Source: Azolla caroliniana (taxonomy: Eukaryota; Plantae; Polypodiophyta). Taken from it: a DNA stretch of 64,000 bases. A program made the position numbers and the translations under genes. Where the stretch lies: NCBI GenBank assembly GCA_043228905.1, contig JBHGNT010000008.1, forward strand, positions 3,410,001-3,474,000, given 5' to 3'. Below the pieces are notes generated by a model. The model made no database searches, was not told the DNA's origin, and was given only the letters and a program-made list of their open reading frames with translations. Shown here piece after piece: positions 34,537 to 48,801 of this stretch (the stretch's first letter is position 1; each line of letters starts with the position of its first letter).

Positions 34537-34562
34537 CACCTACCACTAGGGTAAGCTAATTA

Positions 34563-36805
34563 CGATAAAAGGATAAAGAAAGAAAGAAAGATATATTAAC
34601 GTCTTCTAAGGCCAAATTTGGCCCATGAGACAAATGGTTTACAACAAAAATGAGATATTTACCCATTCATCGAAAGTAAAAAATAAAAATAAAAATAGAG
34701 TTTTAAGCTAAACAATTCTAGTAAATTAAAATAACAAACATGTTCTACAATGAAAATGATGTTATACTAGGCCTAATTTCATTTCCATCCAACTCTCTCG
34801 AAGAGAAGCAGGAGGTCAAAGGGTTTTGATGTGGATGTGGCCCGTGGCCCCAATGTAAATGGTACCCCAACCATAGCTTCTAGTCGACGTAGCTCACGTT
34901 CCCTTATTTTCTTAATCATTTCTACTCCGTGTCGACTTGTTTTGAAGCCCAACATCTGAGGGCGTTTGGTTGTTCTTTGCATTTCAACTTCCTTAAGAGA
35001 GAGGTTGAGTGGTGTAAGTGTATCCACATTCATCGTCTCCCCTTGTTCCTGAAAAATTACACTAGTTACAAGTTGATGAATAGTAAAAGGGTTATGGTTA
35101 ACACTTTGTAATTTATTCTCCCTATGTTGTTTTAGCTCTAAGATATACCTACCTAGTCTCTTTACATCCGGGGTATCTAATAGTTTGGAGAGGGCGGGAG
35201 AGGGTCCTAATATGTCTTGGTATTCCACTCGTGTCTCGGCATAAGTTGGGCACTTGCATGTGAAGTGATACACATCCTCTATCTCTATGTGGCACAACCT
35301 ACATAGCCTTTCCTCCCTAGGGACTCTATTAGCCCGTCCATTCTCAATCTCAAGTTGGTGAGATGATATCTTCAGTTGTCCAATGGCCACCCTTAGTGCA
35401 TTTGATAAGAATGTATCTAGATATCTTGGTCATGTAATAAAACCTAACTGAGAGAAGTGCAAGAAGTGTTCCTGTAGTACAACATTTTAGATGGGAGTGG
35501 CTCTCGTGGGGTGATCCATTTATGTCAAGTGTAAATTTGCCATATTTCTTGGCGTATCACTTTATTATGGTCTTCATGAGATATTAGAGTTTGGTCAGTC
35601 CCATGATTGTACTTAAGGGGGGGTAGGTTATTAATGTCTATGTCGTTTGCAAGTAACCAACTCACCAAAGTGTTATACCAAGAGCTAGTGTCTCTAGACG
35701 CATGTAGGGATCGGGATGCCTCGAAGGCTCAACGAGATATCCTATCTTGTGGTTGGCTATGTATCCGATGAATAAAAACTACCACTTGAAACAGTGCTTC
35801 TACTAACATCGGGGGCAGACTGAACTCTGCTCTAATAATGTCATGTGGTACTGTCGATTTGCTTCGGAGTTGACGTGATAACATCGTCACCAAAGGTCTC
35901 TCTAATTGCGTCCACATGAAAGATGGTAGACTTGGAGCCCATACTACTGATGCATACATGAGGGAAGGGGTCACTAATGAGTCGAAGAGCCATCCCTTAG
36001 TTTGTGGCTCTTGAAAGTATGCCTGGTGGCATTGTCTCTCTAAGAGTGAGAGGGATGCATACCCTCTCGTTAGCCTATCTTTGGCTGCTTGGGTCATCGA
36101 GAATTTACCTGCGCGAGCACTAAAAGTGAATCCCAAGTATACATATGATTCAACTGCCTCAACTAGTTTATGAGAGAGGATTAGGTGACATTTACTCCTA
36201 ACTCGGGACGATGTATGAAAGATAAGTATTAAGGACTTTAGTTTTCGCTAGATTCACTACCAGTCCTCGTTGTGTACAAAAGTCATCTAGGGCATTAAGA
36301 TGCTTTTGTAGGTCGTGTTCCAACTCCGAGAGCAAGACAATGTCGTCTATAGAGTAAGAGACTAACTTGCGTATCCCCAATAGTTACTCCTTTTCCTCCC
36401 TTACGAGCAATAAAAGCACTGATCTCATCAATGTAGATCCCAAAAAGAGTCGGTGATAAGGGGCAACCCTGTTTTACACCAATGGTGCTAGTGAAACAAT
36501 CGGATAGGCCACCTGGGCATCTTACGCAGCCAAAGACTTGCTCATATAAGGCATAAATGGCCCAGATCATGTCATTTGGTATCTCCAAGCTCTTAAGTCT
36601 ATCAAACAACTTCTCCCTAGGAACTGTGTCAAAGGAAGGCTTTGCGGAAGTCCACAAAGCAACAATGTAGTTTCTTCTTACGAGCCTTCGTCTAGCCGAT
36701 TAAGCACCTAAGTGTGAAGATATGGTCAATAGTGGAGAAGGCTCGTCTAAAGCCAGCCTGCTCAGTTGCTTGAAGACTTAATGTTTCCATATAATCGCTG
36801 AGAGC
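34563..36805 (-). mobile_element. 5'-truncated, decayed non-LTR retrotransposon (RT plus Cys-His C-terminus; RTEX/L2-like rather than L1)
   Basis: RT motifs QAGFRRAFSTIDHIFTLR, CFVDFRKAF, GVKQGCPLSPTLFGIYID, DDIVLL and YVYLGFTF. C-terminal HQLEIENGR..RLCRLC..EDVYHFTCKCPTY. (CTTT)n-like tail near 34565-34590. Contains stops and frameshifts. Confidence 0.88.
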
Positions 36806-39800
36806 GAGAGAGCTTTTTATGGGGAGCTTATTGTCTTCTACTTCTAATATTTCATAATCAAGGTTCTAGTCATTTATCCTATGATTAATCTACTTTACCT
36901 TTAGATTAATACTATGATTCCCCACTCTTATACTATTTTAATAATCTATATTTTCTTCAATTCCCCACTTTTTCCTTAACAAATATGATCTAAATCTCTA
37001 AATTATTATTTTAATCTTGCATCCTTATTTGCATCTTTCCATGATTTGGCATTCACTTGGTCTAGAACCCAAAAAGTTTCGCCCAAGCACACACAATATA
37101 TAGTGGAAGGCAAACTTCATGACAATGGTTCATCGGTGTTCTATCAAAGTTCAATAGCATCATTTATGCATATGTGTGCATCATCAGCCCTTGACTTTGG
37201 GTCCATTTCAATTTTTAAACTAGATTGAATCGTTAGTTCTCAATTACCTCACCGCCACATACATGTTTTTATTGTTCCTCATCTCCCATCTCCCATCTCC
37301 ATGGGGTCTTTATCTTATTTGATATGCATCAAATGTTTTGATTTTGTTTGTACATATGTGTTTTTGGCCATATCTTCGCTCAATGTTGGTGATTGTATAC
37401 AATGTTCAAGGGTTTTTCGCAATACCACTTTTTCTAGTGACATTCTTTTACATGCACCTCAGGTGAGTGTCTCCACTATTTTCAATCAAAGAAGTCTCAT
37501 TCCATTCATATTTAGTATTGTTTGGCCATAACCCTTACACTTCTATTCAAATCCTAGTGAGGTAACAACACTAGTATTCTCCTTAATCATGTTTCGTAGT
37601 TTTTTCTCTTCCAAGGGGATTGTCATCCAGTTTATCATTTGTAATATTTGTATATCTAGGAGCATCAATTATAACCATAGTGGGTTCCTCACCTTCAATC
37701 CAAGTCCTACTCATCTTAAGTAAACTTGAATCCTCATCTAAATGTTTGATATTTGGCAAGTTGTCATAGCATGTTTTCAAGAAATTGAAGGCCCAAACTT
37801 GTGTTAGTTTTATCTTGTCCTTTTAATTTTAATGTAAATTGCATTAAGAATAAAATGAAAGCGTTTTGCATAATCTGAAGGCACCCATGTGGCATGCCCA
37901 ATTACTTATTCATCATGACACAATCCACAAACTTTGATTACTATAGTAACCAACATTATTCTTTTGATGGGCAAATATATGTGAAAATCAAACATACTTA
38001 AGTGATCAAAACAACATCGCAATAGCAAATGTAGGTTGGTCGGGTAGAGCCCAACAGTAATGAAGTTATTTTTATTATTATACATAGCAAGCTCAAAACT
38101 ATGAGAATAAGTCATCGTTTTAATAAAGTCTTCATATTTGGCCCAACCCTCTTGCATTTATGTGATTTGTCACATGACAGTTTGTTACAAAGTAAGTGAC
38201 ATCACAAGAGGAACTATTTGATGTTATAATTTTTTATTAATCTAAGAGTGAATGATGGATATGAAGTGTTACAAGTATCAACTCCTTCAATATTGTAGTC
38301 AAGTGTCCTATCTGTGTAGATTATCTTTAAAAGAAAAAATTGAAGGCAATTGAAGGGGGACTTGCATAATTAGCGGATCATGCAATCTAATATGATGTGC
38401 AACTTTTATGAGGACATAACATGCCACAAATATTGTTGAGAGAGAGAGAGAGAGAGAGAGTCTCCCATGAGAATGCAAAAATACGTGTCATGGATGCTTA
38501 TAATAAATTAACCCTATGTACGATGTTTTAAGTCATACATGTTTAGTTTGTATGTTGATATAACAAAATATATTATAACGTTATTAGGTGAAATAACACA
38601 TTTTCTATGAATATAGCTACATTGACTACTTTTTTCACATTGTTGTAAGCTTTCCATGTGATCACATATTCCACAATGGCTAATATATGTAGTTTTATAA
38701 TTGCGTGAGGTGATATAAGCAGAAAAATTACCAAGTGAATTTGCATCACAATCTCGTTGAAGCCATTGCTTGGATAAGCATTTGGTAACAATGATTTGAG
38801 ATATTGTCGAACTTTGTAAGAGCTGTTTAAAATTGTTTGAGGTGCATTCAAACTTCTAGACCTTGTGTTAGACATGTAAATATTCTCATTGATTGATTCA
38901 TACCATAAAGATTGTTCAATGTTTACCACTATATTACTAATCCCATCTAACATACACGCCAATGTGGTAGTTTTCCTCAAAGAACCTAAGAATGTGAAAA
39001 CAACACACTACATGAAGCCACATCCTTCTCAATTTAAGAAGCCATATTTTACCATGTTCGTGGATTGTGGTATAATATTCGCTCTTGGCATCATTAGCTT
39101 AGAAAACAAAGATTTCATAAAAATTGGCGAACATATAAATACTTCCTCTTGTACGAGAAAGCATTCAACTCACATATTTTTGCATATCATATTGTAAAAA
39201 AATGTATATGTTATTGGTGTATTTGAGTTATTGCATCAATGTAAGATGTCGAGATCTATATAACAAGTTCCATTTCAATAGAGTATTGCCAACTTGAATA
39301 AAACAAATTGCACTATATAACATCATAGTTGGTGATTGTATTTTGTTGAGGAGGCATAAAGTCCTTGTGAAAAAACACGTTCGATGTTTTAACAACTTTT
39401 TTTATCAAATGGTTTGGAATTATATAGGTGCTCCCATACATGATTGATTTGTATATGTTTCTTTCTAGCAAAAGTACATTGATACACACACAAACATTAA
39501 ATTGCAGTTTCAAATAATATCTAGATGTTGATGTATCCCTTGCTTGATGTCTTGTTATTTGTTTCACATCAATTATGCACTGTGTATAGATCAAGAAGTC
39601 AATGACATCATGTGTTTGTTGTTTTTTAACCTAAATTTAACAAACAATCCTTCAGTATCACATCTATAATGCACATTAGCCATATTTAGGCATTTTCAAG
39701 AGACAAAAGCAAAGTGAGCATGTTGCAATGAGATGTATCAAAATGGGGGAGGAGAGGTGGGACAATCATGATTTAATTTCAATGGAGAAAAGTTTGTAAA

Positions 39801-41007
39801 CAAAATTTAGCTTGCACATATTTCAACTTCTTTTTACCAATATTCTAGTTTCGATGTCATGGCTTAGAGACATGTCCCATAAACCTTTTATAGGAAATGT
39901 CTATAAATTATTCTTCGTATTCTTTTGTTTTTCTCATTCTAGTTGTAATGGTGTTATTTTGAGTTGCAAATGTATATCTATGGTGTGTATATGCAGAAGG
40001 GGGGTAAAGAAAACCTAAACATAACCATGTTTATGGCCTATAAGGAGAACATCATTGTATATGCTTAGATGTGAGCCACTATGACCGACGAGATAAATTC
40101 TTTGTTCTTTCCTTCTTAAAAATGTCGTGGTGGTAGGTAGTGATGGCTTGATGGTCAAAGATCGAATCGATCTAGTTTCCTGTTTATTTGCTTTAGTATT
40201 TGATTTTGTACATGCACTTTTGAATCACATCATAATTTATTTATTTTAAATACAAAAAACAACAATAACAGAGCCAAAGAAATACCATCATCACTACAGT
40301 GGCACCGATCCTCATACATGTGAAACTTTTTAATAAAGGAACCACGTATGTGGTTGATTTTCTTCTTCTAAGTCTTGTAAATTAAGGTAGCAAATTGCGA
40401 CTTCAAGATGGGTTTTACAAAATCTTTAATAAATAGGCAATTAAGCAAACGAGCACTTGTCGGCACAAAGAAAATAGGATTTAAATTATAATGATGTCAT
40501 CTCACTAGTGATCAGTAGTTTTTTAATGTGTCAATGTTTCAAAAAGCTCGACAATGTTTGAATGTTACCGTCTAATTGATCTTGAATTCAAGACAATGTT
40601 TTGTTGAGAATGATTCATATGGATCCAATGATGGATTCCCATTTAACTCAATCAATAATTTGGACATGAAGGATGATAAATTTGAGTCATGCTTTCATGT
40701 TTGCATACATGTGATTCTGAGAGTCGAAGCCATTACTTCTTCATGATATGCATAAATTCTTATGTTGATTAGTACACTTTTCATTCGATGGAAAAATTGA
40801 CGAGAACATGTTATCAATCAAATGCCTATGGTCTAGTGGTCACTTTTTCACATTTACGATTTGGCTCTTCCTAGAAAGCATTGCACTTGCCTTAAAGTCC
40901 CTTTTATTTCTCGAAGGTATATAAGTTTTCTCTATCACTTGCAGCTAATGCTTTGATATAACTACTCTTATTTCATAAATATCAACATGGTTGGGGGTTG
41001 GCTTAGA

Positions 41008-41370
41008 TTTTATTTTTATTTTTTTCTCTTTTTTTTTCCAAAAAAAACTCCTCCCATTAGTTATAAAATTTTACAAATGAGACGATTATGTACAAATCCC
41101 TGTAGGGACGGGATAGTTCCATCTTATTTGGATGCTCACTGACTCAAGAAAGGGAGAGGACGACCATTGTTGGATGAAGGCTATTCGTTGTCTTTCCACT
41201 CCATCGGAGCCGCCCTTGAGGCCATCATATTAGCTCTTTAGAGTGGTTACAATTTTACTCCATATCTCTTGCAGTAACCTTGTTGGATGCGCGGTTTGGT
41301 TGGAGAAGACTCGTCTACACCGTTGTTTCCATAGAATTCAAAGAGTTATTGGGCTGACCAATTCCAACAC
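41008..41370 (-). mobile_element. L1-type LINE 3' fragment with poly(A) tail and 84-bp flanking direct repeat
   Basis: A T-rich tract at 41008-41037 is the minus-strand poly(A). The body is homologous to 55768-56110. Flanks 40924-41007 and 41371-41454 match at 80 of 84 positions. Confidence 0.85.
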
Positions 41371-43274
41371 AGTTTTCTCTATCACTTGCAACTAATGCTT
41401 TGATATAACTACCCTTATTTCATAAATATTAACATGATTGGGGGTTGGCTTAGAATTGAATTTTGTGTTTGAGAGAAAGCATCCATATGTCTAAGGTTCA
41501 TCCACACCACAACGTTATATAACATTCTATGCAATAGTTTATTCTCTCTCTACTTAATGCACTATCAATATCATCAAGCCTGCCAATCTATTTCCTCTAT
41601 AATTCGTTTTCGCTCATTGACAAAGAAGTTGGAGCATCTCAACTCAATAATTCACACGATACAACATTGATCAAACATGAGCCAATATTCTAACGTGCAA
41701 AAGTACTCTAATTCTTTTATGAGCATGATTTTTCTCTTCAATAGTATGGAACATGCACAAGGTGACATCATGTTGGTTTATGTTAAGTTGATTAGATTTC
41801 ATATTTTTGACAACCTTTATCTAGTTATTGAGCTCTTTCAAATTATTTGAATATCTGCTTAGTTGTTAGTGTAGATTATCTATATAGTTTTGAAGAGAGA
41901 AATTGACATGAGTTGCATAAAGAAATCCAACATCTCCATGTAATGACTAGAGAAGCTTATACCCTAGGTTGCACATTGAAAGAGAGAGTTATAACCTGGT
42001 CGGGAACTCTATGTATAAACAACATGTTTAAAGAATAATATATGTTACATTAGTTGGGAGTCCAAGAGAGAGATCGAGGCTACAAGGTGACGAAGTAGTC
42101 ATATATGGGTTCTTATATCTTATTCGAACTTGAACAACAAACAAAACATACGATTATGTGTATGCCCATAACGAAATTATATCAGTGGCATGTCATTGCC
42201 AGTGAATAGGAGTGTAATAAATGCTTTAGAGAAAATCTAGCCATGAACTATTGGACCTACTTTTAGATTCATCACTGGTGAAGGATTAAAAATAACGGTA
42301 TGCTCTTATGGTAATGAGTTAGTAAAAGAGATGAAGTAATAATGGGCAAAAGTCAGTACATGAAAGAGGCGGAAAAGATGAAAAACCAAAAACAACAAAA
42401 AATGTTACACCATTCATGAAAAGAGACCTCTAGTACAAAAAACTGAGATGATGTTTAGAGAGAACATCGATAGCATTCTGAAGGTGCATTGATTAGAAAT
42501 GGTTTAAACTTGATGGGTTCTATTTATCCTAAGTATAAAATAAACTTTCAAAATGACACAAATATACTGGCAATCTTTCAAATTGCCACTAGAGTTCCCA
42601 TTGCTCATTCTTTTCTAGAGTTATGGCTAATAAGGTTCTAAGCTTGAACTTTTGTACCAATGAAAGAAAAGGAGGGGGGATTGTGCGGTAAACACTTGAA
42701 AAAGGGATTAGTCAGGTAGACGACCCAAGGAAATGAATATATTGAGATTGTTATATCAAAAAATGGATATTCAAGAGAAAAGCTACACATATACGGAATT
42801 CCTATCTTACACAAACTAAACTAACTACGCCACCTAGTGGCAAGGAAACGTCATATTAAAAGTATACAAGTAGTAGAAAGATGAAAGCATGACCAGAAAG
42901 TCAATTACCATGTTCCTCCTTATTCAACCATGTGTCAGAGAGGAAATAACAAAATGTGTCTTTAAAGACCAAAATTTGTGTTCATAGCGATCATGTGAAG
43001 ACGTTGTTGATATCCCATTTTGTCACATCTAGATAGTATATAGCCAAGTTGTTGTAGTCTGGATCTAGCACATATGATGCATGCATCAAAACCATGATTA
43101 GTCAGTGATTTACTGCTCATATACTGGTGTCATTAGATTAAGCGACAACACATGAATTGAATGCTCATTTTTGTACATTTTGGTACAAGAAAATGATTGA
43201 AGAAGGCATCGAGATATTTAAAGAGAATACATGAGAGGATACTAGAGAAAAAAAAAGGGCATTAATGAGGCAAG

Positions 43275-44305
43275 ATGATGACCCAATGACGTATATGTGT
43301 ATAATAATATCTTATGAATCCTACACTGTCCAATGATTATTGAATTATGAGTTTTTTTGAGACTCTTAATCCAAATCCAATATACAATCATTCATCAACT
43401 TATTTTCTTAATATGTGAATTTGTGATATATGTGTTTGGTTAGGGGACATGCATTGTCACAAATTGTGTGTCCCATTATATTCTAATTTTGTCGCCATTT
43501 TTAAGCATATCAAGCATGTGTCAAGATATGCATGTTGGCAATACCTCTCTAATGAACTATCACTTTGAAAAGCGTCTTTATCTTAAATTAGGAACATAAA
43601 GTATTTGTTATGCCAAATTTTTCTTTTGTAAGAGTAAGCACTAACCCTCTTATTTTAAACGAAGGTGGTCACATTATAGTCCTTGGGCAAAGATAAGCTA
43701 ATTAGAGTCAAAATTCAGGGTTGTAACCACGAAAATACATTTTATATTTTTAATTAAGCTCGTCGAGGAATTTATGAATATATTTGGATGTACATCGTGC
43801 TCATCGAGCAACCATCACATAAATTAGAAGTTTTATAAAAATGGAGCTACTAATAATAATAATAAAATAAAATAAAAATGCCTTTGGATATGTCGGATGC
43901 AAAAAATAAATTTTATGCACACAAATTTGTTGGTTAAATCAAAATGTAAGGCCATACCTTGCATCTGTCATGGAAATCACAATATATTGGCTTCTCCTGT
44001 GAGTCTTGGACCTTAAATATATGGATGGATCGTGGGATTTGAGGTTTCATCAATGTAGTTGCTAAAGTGGAGCTAGGTGTGCAAAGGAATATGGTTTATG
44101 ACCACTAGTTTAGAGATGAGATAAGATGGATGTTGAGCATGCATTTGTCAAGTGGGTAAATCGAAGTGCATTACAAGTTTAGCGAGGTGTAAGTTGTAAC
44201 ATTTGGGTTGAAAATGTCTTCAAAACATTTGCACTTGGTAATGCTAAAGCTAAAAGTTGTGAAGGCAATTGAAGAATGAGGACGATGACATGCCATGACA
44301 AACTT
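43275..44305. repeat. Old dispersed repeat (~1 kb, unclassified, probable transposon relic), copy 1
   Basis: Shares colinear blocks with 54765-55768: TATGAATCCTACA, AGACTCTTAATCCAAATC, AATGGAGCTACTAAT, TGGAAATCACAATAT, CACTAGTTTAG and ATGCCAT.ACAA. It probably extends further; no protein identified. Confidence 0.7.
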
Positions 44306-47300
44306 TTTGTTTTGATGTCATATGAAAAGGTGTAAACGCAACAAGATTCGATTATCTACCTTTACATGCTAAGTTTCTTGAGATATACATCCAAATATCC
44401 TTATATCATGCACCTAACTGCCTATTGTTAAATTTTATGCAAAAGATGGTTTGTTTGGTTAGATATCAACTTTGACAAAGAGCTTATCAACATCTTCGAA
44501 AAGAAGTTTTCCTTGTTAGTAACTAAAAAGAGCCCAACAATATAGTGTCATATAGGGCGGACCATCAAAACACAAGCCAAGAAGGGAGCATGTGGTGTAA
44601 CCATACTCGAGTTTATCTCCCCCAAAAATTAAAAAATATGTATATTCTTGGTGCATGATAGTTAATCAACTTGTTCCTTCAAAATGTCGTACAACAAAGC
44701 CAACTTTGTTAATATTTCCCATCAATCAACCTTCTCGGAATCCAATAGTAAATTCTTATCTATAATCATGCTAGTTTTGGAGATTCAAACCAATAATGTT
44801 AGTCCCCTTTTTTGAACTTATCATCATCCTAAAGCAAAATTTATGCACAATTGATCCATATTCCATTAGATTCTGAGCTTATAATACTATTCTCTTAGTG
44901 TTATATTAAAATAACATTGTGTGTCACCTATATATGGAGCTTGGATAACACATTATATGCTTTAAAATAACACCTTTGTCTTTGTGTTATTTGATTTGTT
45001 TACAATGCCAATATGGTCGTCATAGGGAGCAATATGTTTTTTTAGGACAACATAAGTAAATTAAGTGCATTAATTGAAGACATCAAAGTCATTGATTTTA
45101 GTGATCTGAGATTAAGTTCATAGCCTCAATCAAGTATGCATATCTCAAACCCTATAAATACATTGTTTATAAAAATTATTATCATCCTTTTCATTTGTAG
45201 CCCTTCATTATGTAAAAGACCAACATGGATGCCATGATTACATTTCGTGTAGTGTTTTAGGCAAGCATTGTAGGTTCTTGAGGATGTCTTCCATTTGATG
45301 GTGACGTGGTATAATTTTTCGTATGTAGGTAGGACAATATGTTTTTATCCTTTAGTTAAACTCAAGATTCACAATCAAGAATGCCAATTGTTTTGAATGG
45401 GAAATGACAAGGAAGGAATAGACGTGTGTAGTATGAACATAGCTCTAAGGGGCACAAATTCCAATTGTGAAAAACGTTTCCATAGAAAGAGTGGGACTCT
45501 TATGCGAAGAGCCAAACATGAGTATATTGCCACTAGTATATTACTACCTCATGTATCTTTCATTTAGATCTTCCATGTATCACAAGGTTTTTAAGTTATT
45601 CAAGAGAGTTTAATGAGGCATATATTGCTTTTAAATATACATCCTTACATATACACACTAATGCACGAGGTAAAGAATGAACGCATTTAAGCAAATTTAT
45701 GATTCATCTAATTGAGGAGCTAGCTCCCTAAAACCTCAAATTCTTGATGGACGGTTTCACATGAATATGGCGTTCTTAATTTGCGCCTTTGAAATAACTT
45801 CAACCCACGACCTAATTTCTTGATTTAAGGTTATCGTAAAATCACATACTAATAAGTTGTCTCCATTGATTAGTAACTATACATATATAATCGAAAAATA
45901 GAGCAATCATAATGCATACCGTTTCAATAATATTATAAGCAATTTTACATGATGGTGTTTTGCAATATTCTGGTAGAACATGCGCCCCATGGTCACATCA
46001 CATGACCTAGAGTTTGAGAAAAAATACATACTTTCCATTTATACTAATTCTTGGTTAGATTATGATGTAGATCACGAGGTTCCGAGACAAAAAGTGTGGA
46101 ACAATATGTAAGAGATCGTTGCTAAAGACAACTAAAAGTTTGAGACTTCTAGCCCTATGGAAGGACTATGAATAACACGTAGATGATAATTATTGGGCAC
46201 GTCCCATCATCTTCTTGTGGTTCTGCTAACATATTTAGTTCATGTGAAAGCAATATTATCACAATTCTTTGTCCAATGCATATTGTTTCATTCTAATGCA
46301 AGGCTTATATCTACACGTGACATAACTTAGTGTCCATATTGAGCAAATCCTTTAGAGGATGCTCTTAGAATTATGCCACTATATTTTCTCAACGCAAACA
46401 TCCAAAACCTAGATTGTTAGATGATGTTCTCCCATGTTCTATTTAACTTGCGAAGGCCTCTACTCTGATGTTAGAGCATATTGTGGGCTTGCGAAGGCCT
46501 CTACTTTGATGTGTCTCATCATCGTCTTAAAGATCCTTTTTGAATATGACATAGTTGCCTTGACTTGAAGATAGCATCATAAGAACATTTTTTGCATATG
46601 TTCAATTACGTTGCATCTAGGAGATACAAATTCTACCAATTTAGCTCCCCCTCCAACCAATAATAGGTTTGGGAATATGTGCCACCTATTATCATCACAA
46701 CTCCACTTTGCATTTAGGAAAATGAACTTATGGTAGTATTGAGTATCTAGCTTTCAACAAATGACGTTAAATGCATTCGTTTGCCCTAATCACAACCCAT
46801 TGTTGCCTCACTTCCTACTTTTTCGAAAGACACAAAGAGGGTTTTGGTTATTTCACATCTAAACGTAAAGAGAGGTCCTTGAGATGTTTGGTTTGCACTA
46901 CCATGTCGATCTTGTCTTCATTGTGTTTATAAATTATGGATAGAAAATTTCCTTTCGTATAAATCCTCAACAAATTGAAGCATGCATTCAGAAGACTGTA
47001 TACATCCCATGAGAAAAGCAACACCATCACTTTTGCATAAAGGAGCATAAAGCAAATGCTTACACGGTGAGTCCTAAAACCGTGTCACGATTTCTTGCCG
47101 CTTGAGCTACAAACTCTCCTTGCTCTACCCTTGTGTCCCTTGCCAAACTTACTAGAGAAAACGTGCCATTACTCATGGGATGTGTCATTGACCTTGGGGT
47201 TGTTGCTAGGTCCAGTCACTAGAGAATGTGTAATGTTGTGTTCTTAGCATTGAACGTCGTACATGTTTGTAGAGATGGTTTGTAGTTAGCCAAATCCAGA

Positions 47301-47699
47301 AGTTGTACCACCTTACAAGATCTCAAATCTACCTCGCTCAACCCACAAATCTAGGAGTTGGATGGCCTTGAACTTGTTTAAGGAGACCCTAAACCCTAAA
47401 ATCTTCCCAAAATGATTTCAGGGTCATCCAACACCTAAATTCGTGGGTTGTGTATTTAAAACCTTATATCAAATAGAGCGAGTCCCCCCCCCCCTCGTAA
47501 GGCGCACGGGCATCTTGAAAGGTATGAATGAGCTTCGTTACAGAAAACAAAAATGTCTGGAGGAATGAACCCAACATAAGATGAATGAGCCGAAAGTCGG
47601 TTGTTCTCCATGTTGTATGTTGTAACACGTTTTGTTTAGCTTATCCCTCCCCACCTCTAATTGTAAAAAAATGCAGAAGTTAGTTAAAAATGTTGTTGT

Positions 47700-48720
47700 G
47701 GAAAATTGCACCATAAAAAAAGGAACAAAAATAACGAACTAAATAAGAATAAGAGTTAAAAGAGTAAAAGTTAAAAGGAAACATGAAAGTATGTAGATGT
47801 AAGAGTAAGAGTAAAAACAAAAACAACAAAAACAAAACAAAACACCAATAATGAACAAAAAAAAGTGTAAAAAAAAACATAAACACTGAACCTGAAAATA
47901 AAACAAAAAGTATATATACAAATAAAAAAAAACTAAAAGTAAAAAAGCAAATAATATGAAAAGTAAAAAAAAAAAACAGAAAAAGAAAAAAGCCAAAAAG
48001 AAAAAAAAACAGAGAATTAAAAAGAAGAAGAAGAAGAAAGAGAAGGAAATGAAGAAGAAGAAGAAGATGATGAAGAAAAAGAAAAAGAAAAAGAAAAAAA
48101 AGGAGAAAAACAAAAACAAAAACAAAAACAAAAACAAAAGAGAGCCATAGTACGTAAAATTCATGTTCGTGTAGCATAACATTCGTTTTCCTACTTCGGA
48201 AAACGAATGAGAATCTTATTCAAACATTCTTGTGTTTTTTTCCTCATTTTTAAAGTTTATTTACCTCATACTAAATAGTTAAATCCAAAAAAGTATGGTA
48301 TTTACCATTCTTCCAGGTGTTTTACATACTCGAATGATGAAAACATTCGCGAATGCGAATGCACGTATGGTGCTGCTAAACAATAAAAAAAAGAACAAAA
48401 TAAAAAAAGAAAAAAGGAAAGGAAAATAAAAGAAAAAGAAAAAGAAAAAGAAAACAGAAACAAAAGTTACAAAAAACAAAAGAAAAATAAATTTAAAAAA
48501 GAAGAGAGAGGAAGGAAGTATGTAAACAAAGGAAAAGGAAAGAAAAGAAAATAGAGTTGAAAAAAACAAAACAAAAAAGACTTAAAAAAAAATATAGAAA
48601 AAGTTTAAAAAAAAGAGAGGAGGTAAAATGAGTGTAAAAGAAGAGAAGAAAAATCAGAAGAAAAAATCAGAAAAAATAAGAGAACGAATAAGAACAGGAA
48701 ATCGAAACGTAAGGAATACG
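47700..48720. repeat. A-rich/polypurine low-complexity tract
   Basis: Runs of AAAAAC, AAG and AAAAAG. It gives spurious poly-K and poly-F ORFs. Confidence 0.9.
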
Positions 48721-48801
48721 CAGAAAGAGAGAGTGAGAGAGAGAGAGATTGATTGATTGATTGATTGCAGGAGCTTGGAAAACAAACGGAAAGAGAGGAG
48801 A

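Noticed and set aside
36900-47400. Possible MULE/Harbinger transposase relics (for example a SWIM-like LPCHFPFKTIGILDC near 45400 on the minus strand)
   Set aside because: Too degraded to support by eye; needs tBLASTn against transposase libraries.
47385-47402. Interstitial telomere (CCCTAAA twice)
   Set aside because: Only two units; common telo-box-like motif.
47680-48569. Poly-Phe and poly-Lys ORFs
   Set aside because: Translations of A-rich low-complexity DNA.
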